Below, piece by piece: positions 8,975 through 19,028 of a stretch of DNA of 46,044 bases (within the stretch, counting starts at the first letter, position 1; the number at the start of each line of letters is the position of its first letter). Source of the stretch: an uncultured bacterium (GTDB lineage: Bacteria; Patescibacteriota; Minisyncoccia; Moranbacterales; UBA2206); contig CAIMLT010000029.1 in assembly GCA_903842445.1 (NCBI GenBank), forward strand, positions 1 to 46,044, read 5' to 3'. Position numbers and translations under genes: made by a program. Under the pieces are notes generated by a model, which worked only from the letters and a program-made list of their open reading frames with translations, did not search any database and had not been told where the DNA came from.

Positions 8975-11044
8975 ATGAATCTTGAAAAACTTTTTAATCC
9001 ACAGTCGATTGCAATTTTGGGGGCTTCAGAAGAAGTTGGAAAAGTCGGCAATGTAATTTCTAAAAATATCCTAGAGTTAGGATATGCAGGAAAAGTCTAT
9101 TTGGTTAATCCGAAATATGATCAAATTTTTGGAAATAAATGTTACAAAAAACTTTTGGAAGTTGAGGGTGAAATTGATTTGGTAATTGTGGCGATTCCAG
9201 CTAAATTTGTGACCAATGAAATTCGAGAAAATATGCATAAAGTTAAAAACTTTGTGATTGTTTCTGCGGGTTTTTCGGAAACAGGGGAGGAAGGAAGGGC
9301 GCGAGAAAAAGAACTTTTACAATTAGCCGCAGAGAATAATTTGAATATTTTGGGTCCGAATTGCCTTGGGTTTATTATCCCAAAGCTAAAACTCAACGCT
9401 TCTTTTGCTGGTGGTCTTCCGGAAGAGGGCAATGTGGCTTTCGTGACGCAATCAGGCGCGCTGGCTGTTGCGCTGACTGATTTGGCTAAATCTGAAAAAA
9501 TCTATTTCTCAAAGATAGTTTCCATTGGCAATAAAATGAATATTTCCGAAACTGAGATGCTAACATATTTGGAAAAAGATGAGGATACGGCGGTAATTGG
9601 GATGTATCTGGAAGGAATTAAAAATGGAGTTGAATTTATAAAAATCGCCAGTCGGGTTTCGCAAAAAAAGCCAATCGTTATCCTGAAAGCTGGAAAAACA
9701 GAGCGCTCGCAAAAAGCAATTGCCTCACACACCGGAGCGCTGGCCGGTAGCGATGAAATTATGAATGCGGCTTTTCAAAAAGCTGGAATCCTGCGTGCCA
9801 ATGATTTGGAAGAATTTTTCAATTTGATTGGGTTTATTTCGCACAATAAAGCGATGGTGAAAAATAAAGTAGCAGTCATCACTAATGCCGGAGGATTAGG
9901 CGTTCTTGCCACTGATGCTTTTGCAAAAAAAGAGATAGTTCTCGCTGAAATTAGTGAAAAAACAAAAACAGCTCTTCGAAAAATTTTGCCGGAAGAATCT
10001 TCAGTTGAAAATCCAATTGATCTTTTGGGTGATGCCAAGGAAGATCGCTATAAAAAAGTTTTGCAAATTATTGAAAAAGATCCTGAAATTGGCGCAATCA
10101 TCTGTCTGCTTACTCCACAGGATCAAACTCCAGTGGAAAAAATTGCTCAAGCAGTGGATAAGTTTAATATTAAAAGTGGCAAAGTGATTGTGGCGTCTTT
10201 TGTCGGTGGAAAAAAAGTTGAGAAAGGAATTCGAAAATTGAGAATAAGGGATATCTTTAATTTTTCTTTTCCGGAAAGCGCAGTAGCTGTCCTAGACGCA
10301 TATTATCGTTGGAATTTTAAGGAGAAAAATTTGGAGGAGAAATTGACGTTGGATATAAATTTAAATAAAGAACGCAAAAAAAATGTGGCGGGGATTATTG
10401 CCACAGCTAAGAAAGATAATCGGCATGCACTCTATTTTTCAGAAAGCCAAAAGATTATGCAATTATATGGCATCAAGACGATTCCTACTTGTGAAATAAA
10501 TTCCAAAGAAAATTTGCCAGTGAGGAGTGATTTTCCGTTAGTTCTTAAGGTTGATAGTGATGAAGTTTTGCATAAAACAGACAAACAAGGGTTAATTTTA
10601 AACTTAAAAAATCAAACTGAATTGGAAAGTGCGTTTCAAAAAATGCGTAATAATTTTCCTGGTGCAAAATTAATTATCCAGCCAATGCTTGCGCGTGATA
10701 TGGAAATAATTTTGGGGATAAAAAAAGACGTCAACTTCGGGCCGGTGATTGTTTATGGCTTAGGTGGAATTTATACTGAAGTTTTTAAATTAGTCGAAAT
10801 GATTCTGCCACCATTTTCGAAAGAGTTCGTGGAAAAATCTTTGCGAGAAGGAAAGTTGGGATTTCTTTTTGTGCAAACTCGCGGACAAAAGATATATAAC
10901 ATCTCAGAACTCGCACAAATTATTTGTGCCTTAGGTGAGTTTTCGGAAGATCTGGGCGATATCTCCGAATTTGATATTAATCCACTTTTAATTTATAATA
11001 ATGGAAATGAAGCGACTGCTGTGGATGTTAAGGTAATTATTTAA
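8975..11044 (+). CDS. Acetate--CoA ligase (ADP-forming), fused alpha/beta type
   Basis: CoA-binding N-terminus (PQSIAILGASEEVGKVGN), succinyl-CoA-synthetase-like ligase domain (GPNCLG, VTQSGAL, HTGALAG) and a C-terminal ATP-grasp. ATG at 8975 is chosen over 8924, which overlaps the PfkB gene and adds a non-homologous extension. Confidence 0.88.
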   Translation: MNLEKLFNPQSIAILGASEEVGKVGNVISKNILELGYAGKVYLVNPKYDQIFGNKCYKKLLEVEGEIDLVIVAIPAKFVTNEIRENMHKVKNFVIVSAGFSETGEEGRAREKELLQLAAENNLNILGPNCLGFIIPKLKLNASFAGGLPEEGNVAFVTQSGALAVALTDLAKSEKIYFSKIVSIGNKMNISETEMLTYLEKDEDTAVIGMYLEGIKNGVEFIKIASRVSQKKPIVILKAGKTERSQKAIASHTGALAGSDEIMNAAFQKAGILRANDLEEFFNLIGFISHNKAMVKNKVAVITNAGGLGVLATDAFAKKEIVLAEISEKTKTALRKILPEESSVENPIDLLGDAKEDRYKKVLQIIEKDPEIGAIICLLTPQDQTPVEKIAQAVDKFNIKSGKVIVASFVGGKKVEKGIRKLRIRDIFNFSFPESAVAVLDAYYRWNFKEKNLEEKLTLDINLNKERKKNVAGIIATAKKDNRHALYFSESQKIMQLYGIKTIPTCEINSKENLPVRSDFPLVLKVDSDEVLHKTDKQGLILNLKNQTELESAFQKMRNNFPGAKLIIQPMLARDMEIILGIKKDVNFGPVIVYGLGGIYTEVFKLVEMILPPFSKEFVEKSLREGKLGFLFVQTRGQKIYNISELAQIICALGEFSEDLGDISEFDINPLLIYNNGNEATAVDVKVII

Positions 11045-11053
11045 ATTTAATAT

Positions 11054-11614
11054 ATGAAAAAAGATTATAAAATTTTAATTGTTGATGATGACGCTGAAGC
11101 GCGAAGCCTTTATGTGGAGATTTTTAAATCTGAGGGTTTTGAGGTGACTGAGGCGGTGGATGGAATTGATGGCATGGATAAGGCAACTGCAAGTATTCCC
11201 GATGTTATTTTTACGGGAATTATTATGCCTCGAATGGATGGATTTGGTCTTAAAGAAGCTTTAGCAAAAAATGTGGCTACAAGTAATATTCCAGTGGTGA
11301 TGTCATCACATATGGGGCGGGAAGAAGATCGAAAAAAGGCGATGGAAGTCGGAGTAAGGGATTTTTTTGTAGTCGGCATGATTACGCCGAGAGAAGTTGT
11401 ATCGAGAATTTTGGATTTATTTAGTGCAGAAAAATATAGACTTTATATATCCACCAAGGGAGACGTTTCTCGCTTAGTGAGAGATTTACGCTTGAAGGGT
11501 GATTTCTCTTGCGTGGTTTGCGGAGATGAGCTGGCGCTGGATTTGAAAATAACCAACATCGAGAAGTGGGAATTTACAGGAAAAATAATTTGCCCAAGAT
11601 GCGAGGCTAAATAG
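11054..11614 (+). CDS. Orphan response regulator: receiver domain plus C-terminal CxxC...CxxC zinc-ribbon-like tail
   Basis: KILIVDDD, phospho-acceptor context DVIFTGIIMPRMDG, and conserved S/K positions (VVMSSH). The tail has CVVCGDE...CPRCEAK. No histidine kinase is in the window. Confidence 0.85.
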   Translation: MKKDYKILIVDDDAEARSLYVEIFKSEGFEVTEAVDGIDGMDKATASIPDVIFTGIIMPRMDGFGLKEALAKNVATSNIPVVMSSHMGREEDRKKAMEVGVRDFFVVGMITPREVVSRILDLFSAEKYRLYISTKGDVSRLVRDLRLKGDFSCVVCGDELALDLKITNIEKWEFTGKIICPRCEAK

Positions 11615-11618
11615 AACA

Positions 11619-13331
11619 ATGCAAAAAAAATGGGAGTTGAGAGATAAAAGCATTTCCGCTTTCGCCATGTCGGAAAAATATAGTCCCCAATTTTTGGAAT
11701 TATTAGCCAGTCGAGGTGTCTCGTCTCAAAAAGAAATTGAGGATTTTTTTTGTTCTAGTTATTCTGTTTCTAATGATCTTTTAAAAATATCCGGAATGAT
11801 CGAAGCGATTGAAAGAATTGTCAAAGCTTTTGAAAGAAAAGAAAGGATTGCAATTTTTGGAGATTATGATGCTGATGGTGTTACGGCGACAGCACTTCTT
11901 CTTGAAGTCTTGGAAAGCCTGGGAGGTTCAAGTTTAACTTATTATATTCCAGATCGACAATTGGAAGGTTATGGGATGAATGATTTGGCGATTGAATTTT
12001 TGGCGCGTGATGGTGTAAAGCTGATTGTTACTGTTGATTCGGGAATTACTAACGTCGATGAAGTGGAAAAAGCTAGAGCCCTTGGAATAGATGTGATTAT
12101 TACCGATCATCACCATCCCTTAGAAGTTTTGCCAGCTGCAATGGCTATTATTAATCCACATTTAGAAAATTCCGGATTTGAATTCTCTGATCTTGCCGGT
12201 GTGGGGGTGGCGTTTAAGTTAGCCCAAGCGCTGTATCAAAAAATTGCTCCGAAAGAGATTGATAAGCTGAAATGGATGCTTGATCTTGTGGCGATTGGAA
12301 CGGTTGCGGATTGCGTAACACTTCTTGGAGAAAATAGAACGCTTACGAAATACGGACTCGTGGTGCTTTCTAAGACACGTCGTGTTGGATTGACAGAAAT
12401 GTTTAAAGTTGGAAGAATTGAGATTTCAGAAAATAATATTCCGGATACTCAGAAAGTTGCCTATCAGATTGCGCCACGAATCAATGCCGCCGGTCGGATG
12501 GATCATGCTAGTGTGGCTTATAAACTAATTATGGAAAAAGATCAAATACAAGCGCGGATATTAGCACTTGAGGTAGAGGAAAAAAATCAAGAAAGACAAA
12601 AGATAACCGCAGAAATTGTTAAAGAAATCGAAGAAATTGCCATGCGTGATTTTTCCGAAAAAAAATTTATTTTTGCTAAGAATGAGCATTGGCCGGTTGG
12701 AATTTTGGGACTTGTGGCTGGCAAGGTGGCGGAAAAATTTCAAAAACCCGTGGTTGTTTTTCAAATTCAACAAAAGGAATATGTTGGGTCGCTTCGTAGC
12801 ATCCCAGAAATAAATATTGTAAAATGTTTGGAAAAATGTGCCGACTTACTTACTAAATTTGGCGGACATTCGCAAGCAGCTGGTGTGCGTATTCTGCCGG
12901 AAAATGTTGATAAATTTTGTCAGAAAATGACAGAATTGATCGAGACGGAGCTTTTTGGAAAAGAAATAATTTCAACATTAACAGTTGATTTGGAATTAAA
13001 AGCTGAAAATATAGATTGGCAATTTATGCAGAACTTAAAGAAAATGGAGCCTTTCGGGATGGGGAATAAAGAGCCGATTTTTTTGCTTAGAGATATGCAA
13101 ATTAGTGATGTGCGAATGGTTGGTAATGGCAGCAAGCATCTCAAGCTGGCGATTAAGGCGGCAAACAGCAATCCAAAAATATTTGATGCAATCGGATTTA
13201 AATTAGGCTCGGAATTTCCTAATCTGGAAAAAGACAACTTGATTGACGTAGTTTTTAATCTGGAAGAAGACTCTTGGAATGGGAATAAGAAAATTCAATT
13301 AAAATTAATTGATTTGAAATTGGTTAGCTAA
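11619..13331 (+). CDS. recJ: Single-stranded-DNA-specific exonuclease RecJ
   Basis: DHH-family motifs IFGDYDADGVT, VDSGI, ITDHHHP and GHSQAAG (DHHA1). 570 aa. Confidence 0.93.
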   Translation: MQKKWELRDKSISAFAMSEKYSPQFLELLASRGVSSQKEIEDFFCSSYSVSNDLLKISGMIEAIERIVKAFERKERIAIFGDYDADGVTATALLLEVLESLGGSSLTYYIPDRQLEGYGMNDLAIEFLARDGVKLIVTVDSGITNVDEVEKARALGIDVIITDHHHPLEVLPAAMAIINPHLENSGFEFSDLAGVGVAFKLAQALYQKIAPKEIDKLKWMLDLVAIGTVADCVTLLGENRTLTKYGLVVLSKTRRVGLTEMFKVGRIEISENNIPDTQKVAYQIAPRINAAGRMDHASVAYKLIMEKDQIQARILALEVEEKNQERQKITAEIVKEIEEIAMRDFSEKKFIFAKNEHWPVGILGLVAGKVAEKFQKPVVVFQIQQKEYVGSLRSIPEINIVKCLEKCADLLTKFGGHSQAAGVRILPENVDKFCQKMTELIETELFGKEIISTLTVDLELKAENIDWQFMQNLKKMEPFGMGNKEPIFLLRDMQISDVRMVGNGSKHLKLAIKAANSNPKIFDAIGFKLGSEFPNLEKDNLIDVVFNLEEDSWNGNKKIQLKLIDLKLVS

Positions 13332-13352
13332 ATCTTAACTTTATAAAAATTT

Positions 13353-13784
13353 ATGTCCAATAAAGTCGTAATGTTTACCGATGGTGGATCGCGAGGAAAC
13401 CCGGGACCAGCAGGCATTGGAGTCTGGATAGAGACATTGGGAAAAAAATATGGCGAATGCATTGGAATTGCTACGAATAATGTGGCCGAGTATGCTGCGC
13501 TAATTTTCGGTCTTAAGAAATTGAAACAGCTCTTGGGAAAAGATAAGATACGACAACATGAAATTGAGTGCTATCTGGATTCAGAGTTAGTTGTGAAACA
13601 GCTCAATCACGAGTATAAATTAAAAGAAGAATATATCCAAAAAAATTTTATTGAAATTTGGAATTTGATGCTTGATTTTAAGTCAGTTAAGTTTTATCAT
13701 ATACCTAGAGAAAAGAATGTCATCGCAGATGCCTTGGTTAATGAGGCATTGGATGGAGAAAAATGTCAAAAGGCATTAATATAA
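13353..13784 (+). CDS. rnhA: Ribonuclease H (RNase HI-type)
   Basis: Motifs FTDGGSRGNPGPAGIG, NNVAEYAALIFGL, DSELVVKQL and REKNVIADALVN. The DEDD catalytic layout of type-1 RNase H is present. Confidence 0.85.
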   Translation: MSNKVVMFTDGGSRGNPGPAGIGVWIETLGKKYGECIGIATNNVAEYAALIFGLKKLKQLLGKDKIRQHEIECYLDSELVVKQLNHEYKLKEEYIQKNFIEIWNLMLDFKSVKFYHIPREKNVIADALVNEALDGEKCQKALI

Positions 13785-15088
13785 ATTCTATGTTTAAATA
13801 TAAGAAAACTATTTTTTTCATCTTGATCTTGATTATTGCAGGTGGGTATTTTTTCTATATAAAATCCAAAAAAGCTACAGTTGAATATACGACAGCGACA
13901 GTGCTGAGGGGTAATCTTTCGCAAACGGTTTCTGCAACGGGTGATCTCAAAGATGACTCTGAAATCGTTTTGAATTTTGAATTAGGTGGAAGGATTAGTA
14001 GGGTTTTCATCAAAAAAGGCAATAAGGTGGCTGCTGGTGATTCAATCGCGATGCTGGATAATGAGAATTTATCCGGGCAAGCTGAACAGGCAAAAGCAAC
14101 TCTTGAAAAAGCAATAGCAGATGCCGGATCGAATGAAGATACGATTCGCGAATCAGAAGTTTTAGTCAAAAATGCGGAAAATTATCTCGAAGAAACTAAA
14201 GACCTGGAAGATCAGAAAGTTGAGGCAGCCAAAACAGCTCTTGATAATGCCAAGGATTATTATGATGACGCATTGGATTTCTATAATAGTGATGTGTCGA
14301 AAGCAAATAAATTGACCATAACAACAGCGCTAAATAGCAAAAAAGCGGCTGAGGAATCGTTGGATACGACAAAAAAGTCGAGAGATTTAGCCATAACTTC
14401 AGCTGAAAATTCTCTCGATTCAGCCAGCGCCAGACTGAAAACTACAAAATCTGATTTCACGATTAACTCAAGAAATGCGTTGGTGGATAATGCCAAGGCC
14501 GGATATGAAATCGCGCTTAACAATCTTTCAAAAGCTGTACTCAAAGCGCCGGTTTCTGGCACGATTGTTGAAGTTAATAACAAAGTTGGAGAAATCTTGG
14601 GCACGGGTGTGATTAAGGAATCTTTTGCCAGAATCATTGCAGATGATTTTATTGTAGAATCCAATATTCCAGAATCGGATATTGTGAAGTTGAAACTTGG
14701 ACAACTTGCCAAGATTACCTTTGATGCACTTCCAAGTGGTGAGGAATATGTTGCAGAACTAATTGAAATTAACCCGGCAGAAACTATTATTCAAGATGTT
14801 GTTTATTACGGAATAAAATTGAAACTTTCCGCTATTGATCAAAGACTGAAGCCCGGAATGAGTGTTACTATCGATGTGCGGACAAATGAAAAAACGGATG
14901 TGCTTATGATTCCGCTTCGGGCAATTAAAACAAGAAGCGGAGAAAAGTTTGTAGATATCTTGAAGGCGGATAATATAACACAAGAAGTGAAAATCACAAC
15001 TGGCCTTGAAGGTGATGGTGGAATGATTGAGGTGAAATCAGCTCTGAAAGAAGGTGATAATGTCGTAACTTTCACGAAAGATATTTAG
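13763..15088 (+). CDS. HlyD/MacA-type efflux adaptor (membrane fusion) protein
   Basis: N-terminal TM helix, long Ala/Lys/Glu coiled-coil, beta-barrel motifs (LKAPVSGTIVEVN; PGMSVTIDV). An alternative ATG at 13790 would remove the 22-nt overlap with rnhA. Confidence 0.85.
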   Translation: MSKGININSMFKYKKTIFFILILIIAGGYFFYIKSKKATVEYTTATVLRGNLSQTVSATGDLKDDSEIVLNFELGGRISRVFIKKGNKVAAGDSIAMLDNENLSGQAEQAKATLEKAIADAGSNEDTIRESEVLVKNAENYLEETKDLEDQKVEAAKTALDNAKDYYDDALDFYNSDVSKANKLTITTALNSKKAAEESLDTTKKSRDLAITSAENSLDSASARLKTTKSDFTINSRNALVDNAKAGYEIALNNLSKAVLKAPVSGTIVEVNNKVGEILGTGVIKESFARIIADDFIVESNIPESDIVKLKLGQLAKITFDALPSGEEYVAELIEINPAETIIQDVVYYGIKLKLSAIDQRLKPGMSVTIDVRTNEKTDVLMIPLRAIKTRSGEKFVDILKADNITQEVKITTGLEGDGGMIEVKSALKEGDNVVTFTKDI

Positions 15089-15095
15089 ATTTTTT

Positions 15096-15824
15096 ATGCC
15101 AAATCAGCTTATTCAAGTTCAAAATCTTTGCAAGACTTATTTTAGTGAGGGCGTGGAGACACGAGCTCTTTGTGGGGCTACTTTTGAAATCGAGAAGGGC
15201 GAATTCATCTCTATTATGGGGCCATCTGGTTCAGGCAAGTCAACATTAATGCAAATCTTGGGCTTTCTTGATCGTCCAACAGAAGGAAAATACTTTTTTG
15301 AAGGCTCGGATACTTTTTCTTTTGATGATGATGCTTTGGCGAAAGTTAGAAATAAGAAAATCGGTTTTGTTTTTCAATCTTTTAATTTACTTTCTCGGAC
15401 ATCGGTTTTCGAAAATGTCGAGTTGCCTTTGCTTTATGATGAAAAAATAGGTAAGAATAATAAAAAAAAAGTAATGGATGCACTTATTTCAGTTGGGATG
15501 GAACATCGAGCCAATTATTTTTCCAACCAACTCTCTGGTGGAGAAAAACAACGGGTGGCGATTGCGAGGGCGCTGGTTAATGATCCGGAAATAATTTTTG
15601 CTGATGAGCCAACTGGAAATTTGGATTCTAAATCAGGGCTTCAAGTCATGAAGATCTTGCAAAAGCTCAACGATTCCGGGCGCACTGTGATTTTGGTAAC
15701 TCACGAGACTTATACGGCAGAACATGCTAAAAGAATAATCTATGTTAAAGATGGAAGTATCGTTGCTGATGATCCAGTCAGGCGCCGAAGAATCGCCGAT
15801 AGCGAAAGCGAGTTATTGAAATAA
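15096..15824 (+). CDS. ABC transporter ATP-binding protein (MacB/LolD-type)
   Basis: Walker [10 protein letters not shown], signature [15 protein letters not shown], Walker [14 protein letters not shown]-loop VTHE. Confidence 0.95.
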   Translation: MPNQLIQVQNLCKTYFSEGVETRALCGATFEIEKGEFISIMGPSGSGKSTLMQILGFLDRPTEGKYFFEGSDTFSFDDDALAKVRNKKIGFVFQSFNLLSRTSVFENVELPLLYDEKIGKNNKKKVMDALISVGMEHRANYFSNQLSGGEKQRVAIARALVNDPEIIFADEPTGNLDSKSGLQVMKILQKLNDSGRTVILVTHETYTAEHAKRIIYVKDGSIVADDPVRRRRIADSESELLK

Positions 15825-15941
15825 ATTTATAATTATATGAAAAAAAAATAAAATCAGGGATATTGATCAGAAGGAATATGCCAAGGCATTATTAGTATTG
15901 AGCAAGAATTCTTTATTAATAAGGGTAGTTGGTGGAAATTT

Positions 15942-15964
15942 TTGGTAATTATTGGTAATTATTG
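15942..15964 (+). repeat. 10-bp tandem direct repeat TTGGTAATTA x2 plus partial copy
   Basis: 15942-15951 and 15952-15961 are identical, followed by TTG. It lies in the 180-bp gap between the ABC ATPase and the first permease. Confidence 0.8.
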
Positions 15965-15980
15965 TTGCAGAGGCTATATT
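15952..15980 (+). promoter_or_regulatory. Candidate internal sigma70-like promoter for the permease genes
   Basis: TTGGTA (15952-15957), 17-nt spacer, TATATT (15975-15980), 24 nt upstream of the ATG at 16005. AT-rich background makes chance matches likely. Confidence 0.3.
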
Positions 15981-16004
15981 GCTTGGCGTGTTTAGACTTT
16001 AATT

Positions 16005-17246
16005 ATGCGTATCATCGATCCTATAAAAATTTCGTATAAGAATTTGATGGCGGCGAAGCTCCGCTCTTTTTTGACAATTTTGGGGATTATTATTGGCATC
16101 GCCTCTGTAATCGTAGTGATGGCAATTGGGGGGAGCGCGCAAAAGTTAATCTTGAATCAAGTTTCTGGTGTTGGTTCAAATCTAGTGGGCGTTTTGCCCG
16201 GGGCATCAGATGAAAAAGGTCCGCCAGCATCTGCCATGGGAATTATAGTAACGACTTTAAAATTCACTGATTTGAAAGCTTTGACGGAAAAAAGAAATGT
16301 GCCAAATTTGGTTGATATCGTTGCGTATGTTACTGGTTCTGCGACAGTGAAAAGTAAAAATGGATCATATCAAACCAGTTATCAAGGTGTTACAGCCAGT
16401 CTTTTAAACGTTGAAGATATCAAGTTGAAATCTGGCCGGTTTTTCATAAAAGAAGAAGATACAAATATGGCGCGTGTGGCTGTTTTAGGATCAAATCGAG
16501 CAAAGGATCTTTTTCCGAATGAAGATCCAGTTGGCAAAACAATCAATCTTAAAGATCTAAGCTTTACTATTATCGGTGTTCTTTCTGAGCGCGGATCGGT
16601 TGGATTTTCAAATACTGATGACATGATCTATGTTCCTCTTTTTAGTGGGCAAAAGTTGTTGCTAGGTATCGATTATGTCAACTTTATGCGGATAAAAATT
16701 GATTTTAAGGATAATATCGATCGGGCAGTCATTGATGTTAAAAAAACTTTACGCGAAAAACATCGAATAAAAAATGACGCAAGTGATGATTTTTCGGTGC
16801 GGAGCAGTGCTCAGGCAATCGAAACATTAACAACCGTTACTAATGTCTTAAAATATTTTCTGGTAGCAGTAGCGGCTATTTCTCTCGTTGTCGGCGGAGT
16901 TGGCATTATGAATATCATGCTTATTTCCGTGCATCAAAGAGTGAGAGAAGTTGGTCTTAGAAAAGCCGTTGGTGCAAAAAACGGACATATTATTTCACAA
17001 TTTTTGATTGAATCAGTTTTTGTTACAGTAATTGGTGGAATTTTTGGAATAATTTTTGGTACGCTGGTTGCTTTTTTGGTGGCTGTTATTATCAAAAACC
17101 TCGGTTATGATTGGGAGTTTATTATTACGCTAAGTGCCATAGTTTTGGCAACGTCAGTTTCAGTATTTATCGGGCTTGTCTTTGGAATCTACCCAGCTAT
17201 TAAAGCTTCGCGCATTTCACCAATGGAAGCCCTGAGATATGAATAA
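16005..17246 (+). CDS. ABC transporter permease, MacB/FtsX-type (paralogue 1)
   Basis: N-terminal TM (RSFLTILGIIIGIASV), large extracytoplasmic MacB_PCD-like domain, C-terminal FtsX domain (VVGGVGIMNIMLISVHQRVREVGLRKAVGA). Confidence 0.92.
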   Translation: MRIIDPIKISYKNLMAAKLRSFLTILGIIIGIASVIVVMAIGGSAQKLILNQVSGVGSNLVGVLPGASDEKGPPASAMGIIVTTLKFTDLKALTEKRNVPNLVDIVAYVTGSATVKSKNGSYQTSYQGVTASLLNVEDIKLKSGRFFIKEEDTNMARVAVLGSNRAKDLFPNEDPVGKTINLKDLSFTIIGVLSERGSVGFSNTDDMIYVPLFSGQKLLLGIDYVNFMRIKIDFKDNIDRAVIDVKKTLREKHRIKNDASDDFSVRSSAQAIETLTTVTNVLKYFLVAVAAISLVVGGVGIMNIMLISVHQRVREVGLRKAVGAKNGHIISQFLIESVFVTVIGGIFGIIFGTLVAFLVAVIIKNLGYDWEFIITLSAIVLATSVSVFIGLVFGIYPAIKASRISPMEALRYE

Positions 17247-17256
17247 TTTTTTTTGT

Positions 17257-18510
17257 ATGCAAGAAGTAATCGTTTCAGTTAAATTAGCTTTTAAAAATCT
17301 TCGTTCAAATGTAGGTCGGACAATTTTAACTTTGACCGGAGTTGTTATCGGCGTGGTAGCTGTTATTTTGGTGAGCTCTCTTGGCCAGGGAGTCAAAGGA
17401 TTTATTCTTGGGCAAGTCGGTGCTTTTGGTACGGATTTAATTCAAATTGAAGTCAAGGTTCCGGCAACTGGTAAGGCGTCAACTCAAAACGCGATTGGTC
17501 AAGCAACAGGAATTCAAATTACAACCATGACAATTTCTGATGCTAAGGAAATTGGCAAACTTCCAAATGTTTCTGCTTATGCTCCTGGAACAATGACGCA
17601 GGAACTGGCGAGCTATCAAGAAACAAATAAACGAGTTTTTCTTTTTGGTGTTGGGGCGCAGTATAATCAAATTGACCAAAATACTAAACTTTCAGAAGGA
17701 GCATTTTTTTCGCAGAGTGATGATGAAAGCTTAGCCCAAGTGGCAATAATTGGAAGCAATATCAAAGAAGCTTTTTTTGGCGAAGATAATCCATTGGGAA
17801 AAAATATCAAGATTAAAAATCAAAATTACAAAGTGGTTGGGCTGGCGGCGGAGCGTGGAGCAGTTGCTGGGTTTAATTATGATGATCTTATCTACGTTCC
17901 TGTTCAAACAATGCAAAAAAAGATTATCGGAATTGATTATATCCGTTTTATTATGGTTAAGGTGAAAAATGAAAAGTTGATTGATGTAACGGTGGCCGAG
18001 TTAACAAGTGAAATGCGGAGATTGCATAGAATAAATGATTCAAATAGGGATGATTTTGGAATAACTTCGATTAAAGAAGCGCAAGTGACAATTGAAAATG
18101 TTTTCAAAACAATTAATATCTTACTTTTAGCTTTGACTTCAATTTCTTTGGTTGTCGGTGGGGTCGGAATTATGAACGTGATGTATGTGGCGGTGGCTGA
18201 GCGGACATTTGAAATTGGTCTTCGGAAAGCAGTTGGTGCCAAGGCGAAAAATATTTTACGTCAATTTCTTTGGGAAGCAATTTTTATCACTTTTTTTGGT
18301 GGGTTAGTGGGAATTATCTTGGGCTATCTTTTACTTCTGGTGCTTTCTTATGTGGCTATTTATTTTGGTTTTCCAATCAAGTTTGGTCTTAGCATTAATG
18401 CTATCAGTTTGGCTGTGGGGTTTTCTGTGGCAACGGGTGTTATTTTCGGCTATTATCCGGCTCGCGCAGCTTCACGACTTAGTCCGATAGAGGCGCTCAG
18501 GAAAGATTAG
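17257..18510 (+). CDS. ABC transporter permease, MacB/FtsX-type (paralogue 2)
   Basis: Same architecture as the upstream permease (VVGGVGIMNVMYVAVAERTFEIGLRKAVGA). ATG 17257 aligns its N-terminus with paralogue 1. An alternative ATG at 17239 overlaps the upstream gene by 8 nt. Confidence 0.9.
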   Translation: MQEVIVSVKLAFKNLRSNVGRTILTLTGVVIGVVAVILVSSLGQGVKGFILGQVGAFGTDLIQIEVKVPATGKASTQNAIGQATGIQITTMTISDAKEIGKLPNVSAYAPGTMTQELASYQETNKRVFLFGVGAQYNQIDQNTKLSEGAFFSQSDDESLAQVAIIGSNIKEAFFGEDNPLGKNIKIKNQNYKVVGLAAERGAVAGFNYDDLIYVPVQTMQKKIIGIDYIRFIMVKVKNEKLIDVTVAELTSEMRRLHRINDSNRDDFGITSIKEAQVTIENVFKTINILLLALTSISLVVGGVGIMNVMYVAVAERTFEIGLRKAVGAKAKNILRQFLWEAIFITFFGGLVGIILGYLLLLVLSYVAIYFGFPIKFGLSINAISLAVGFSVATGVIFGYYPARAASRLSPIEALRKD

Positions 18511-18537
18511 CATTAAAATATTAGACAATAAATCATT

Positions 18538-18565
18538 AAAAGCGCAAGTTGTAGCGCTTTTTTGT
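18538..18565 (+). terminator. Rho-independent terminator after the ABC transporter operon
   Basis: Stem AAAAGCGC (18538-18545) / GCGCTTTT (18554-18561), 8-nt loop, T-run. Confidence 0.7.
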
Positions 18566-18617
18566 TTGTGGTAGACTTTTTTACAGAGGTAGGCAATAAG
18601 TAATAGATTTAAACTTT

Positions 18618-18992
18618 ATGGAAAATAATGAGGAAAATAAGATTCAGGATGGTGAAACTTTTGAAGAGATTGAATCGGAAAAACTGCAAGAAGAAGATAT
18701 AGCTAAAAAATCCAAGCCTGGATTTCGTTCGCGACTCGTTTTGATTTTCATTCTGGGGCTGCTGATTGGCATAGCCGTTAAAACTGAAGCACTCAAAAAG
18801 ATAACCATTGGTTATGACGATTATTTAATGAAAATAAGAATGCAAAGTTATAATATCAATGGAATTCAAGCAGAATTGCAAAAAGCAAGAGAAAAATCGG
18901 AAAAGACACAAGAGCAACAGGGCAATGCCGTTAGTAATTTGGAAAACAAACAAAATAATCAGGGAGAAATAAGTGATCAAATTGAAAATTGA
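18618..18992 (+). CDS. Hypothetical single-pass membrane protein with acidic N-terminus and Gln/Asn/Glu-rich C-terminus
   Basis: 124-aa ORF with one TM (LVLIFILGLLIGIAV) and no recognisable catalytic motif. Confidence 0.55.
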   Translation: MENNEENKIQDGETFEEIESEKLQEEDIAKKSKPGFRSRLVLIFILGLLIGIAVKTEALKKITIGYDDYLMKIRMQSYNINGIQAELQKAREKSEKTQEQQGNAVSNLENKQNNQGEISDQIEN

Positions 18993-19028
18993 GATTTTTT
19001 AAATAATAAGTTAAGTTAATTTAATTTT

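Noticed and set aside
15837-15851. Mini-ORFs in spacers: MKKK* at 15837-15851 and MKKRQSADANWQ* at 29649-29687
   Set aside because: They are too short and compositionally trivial, and there is no supporting signal.
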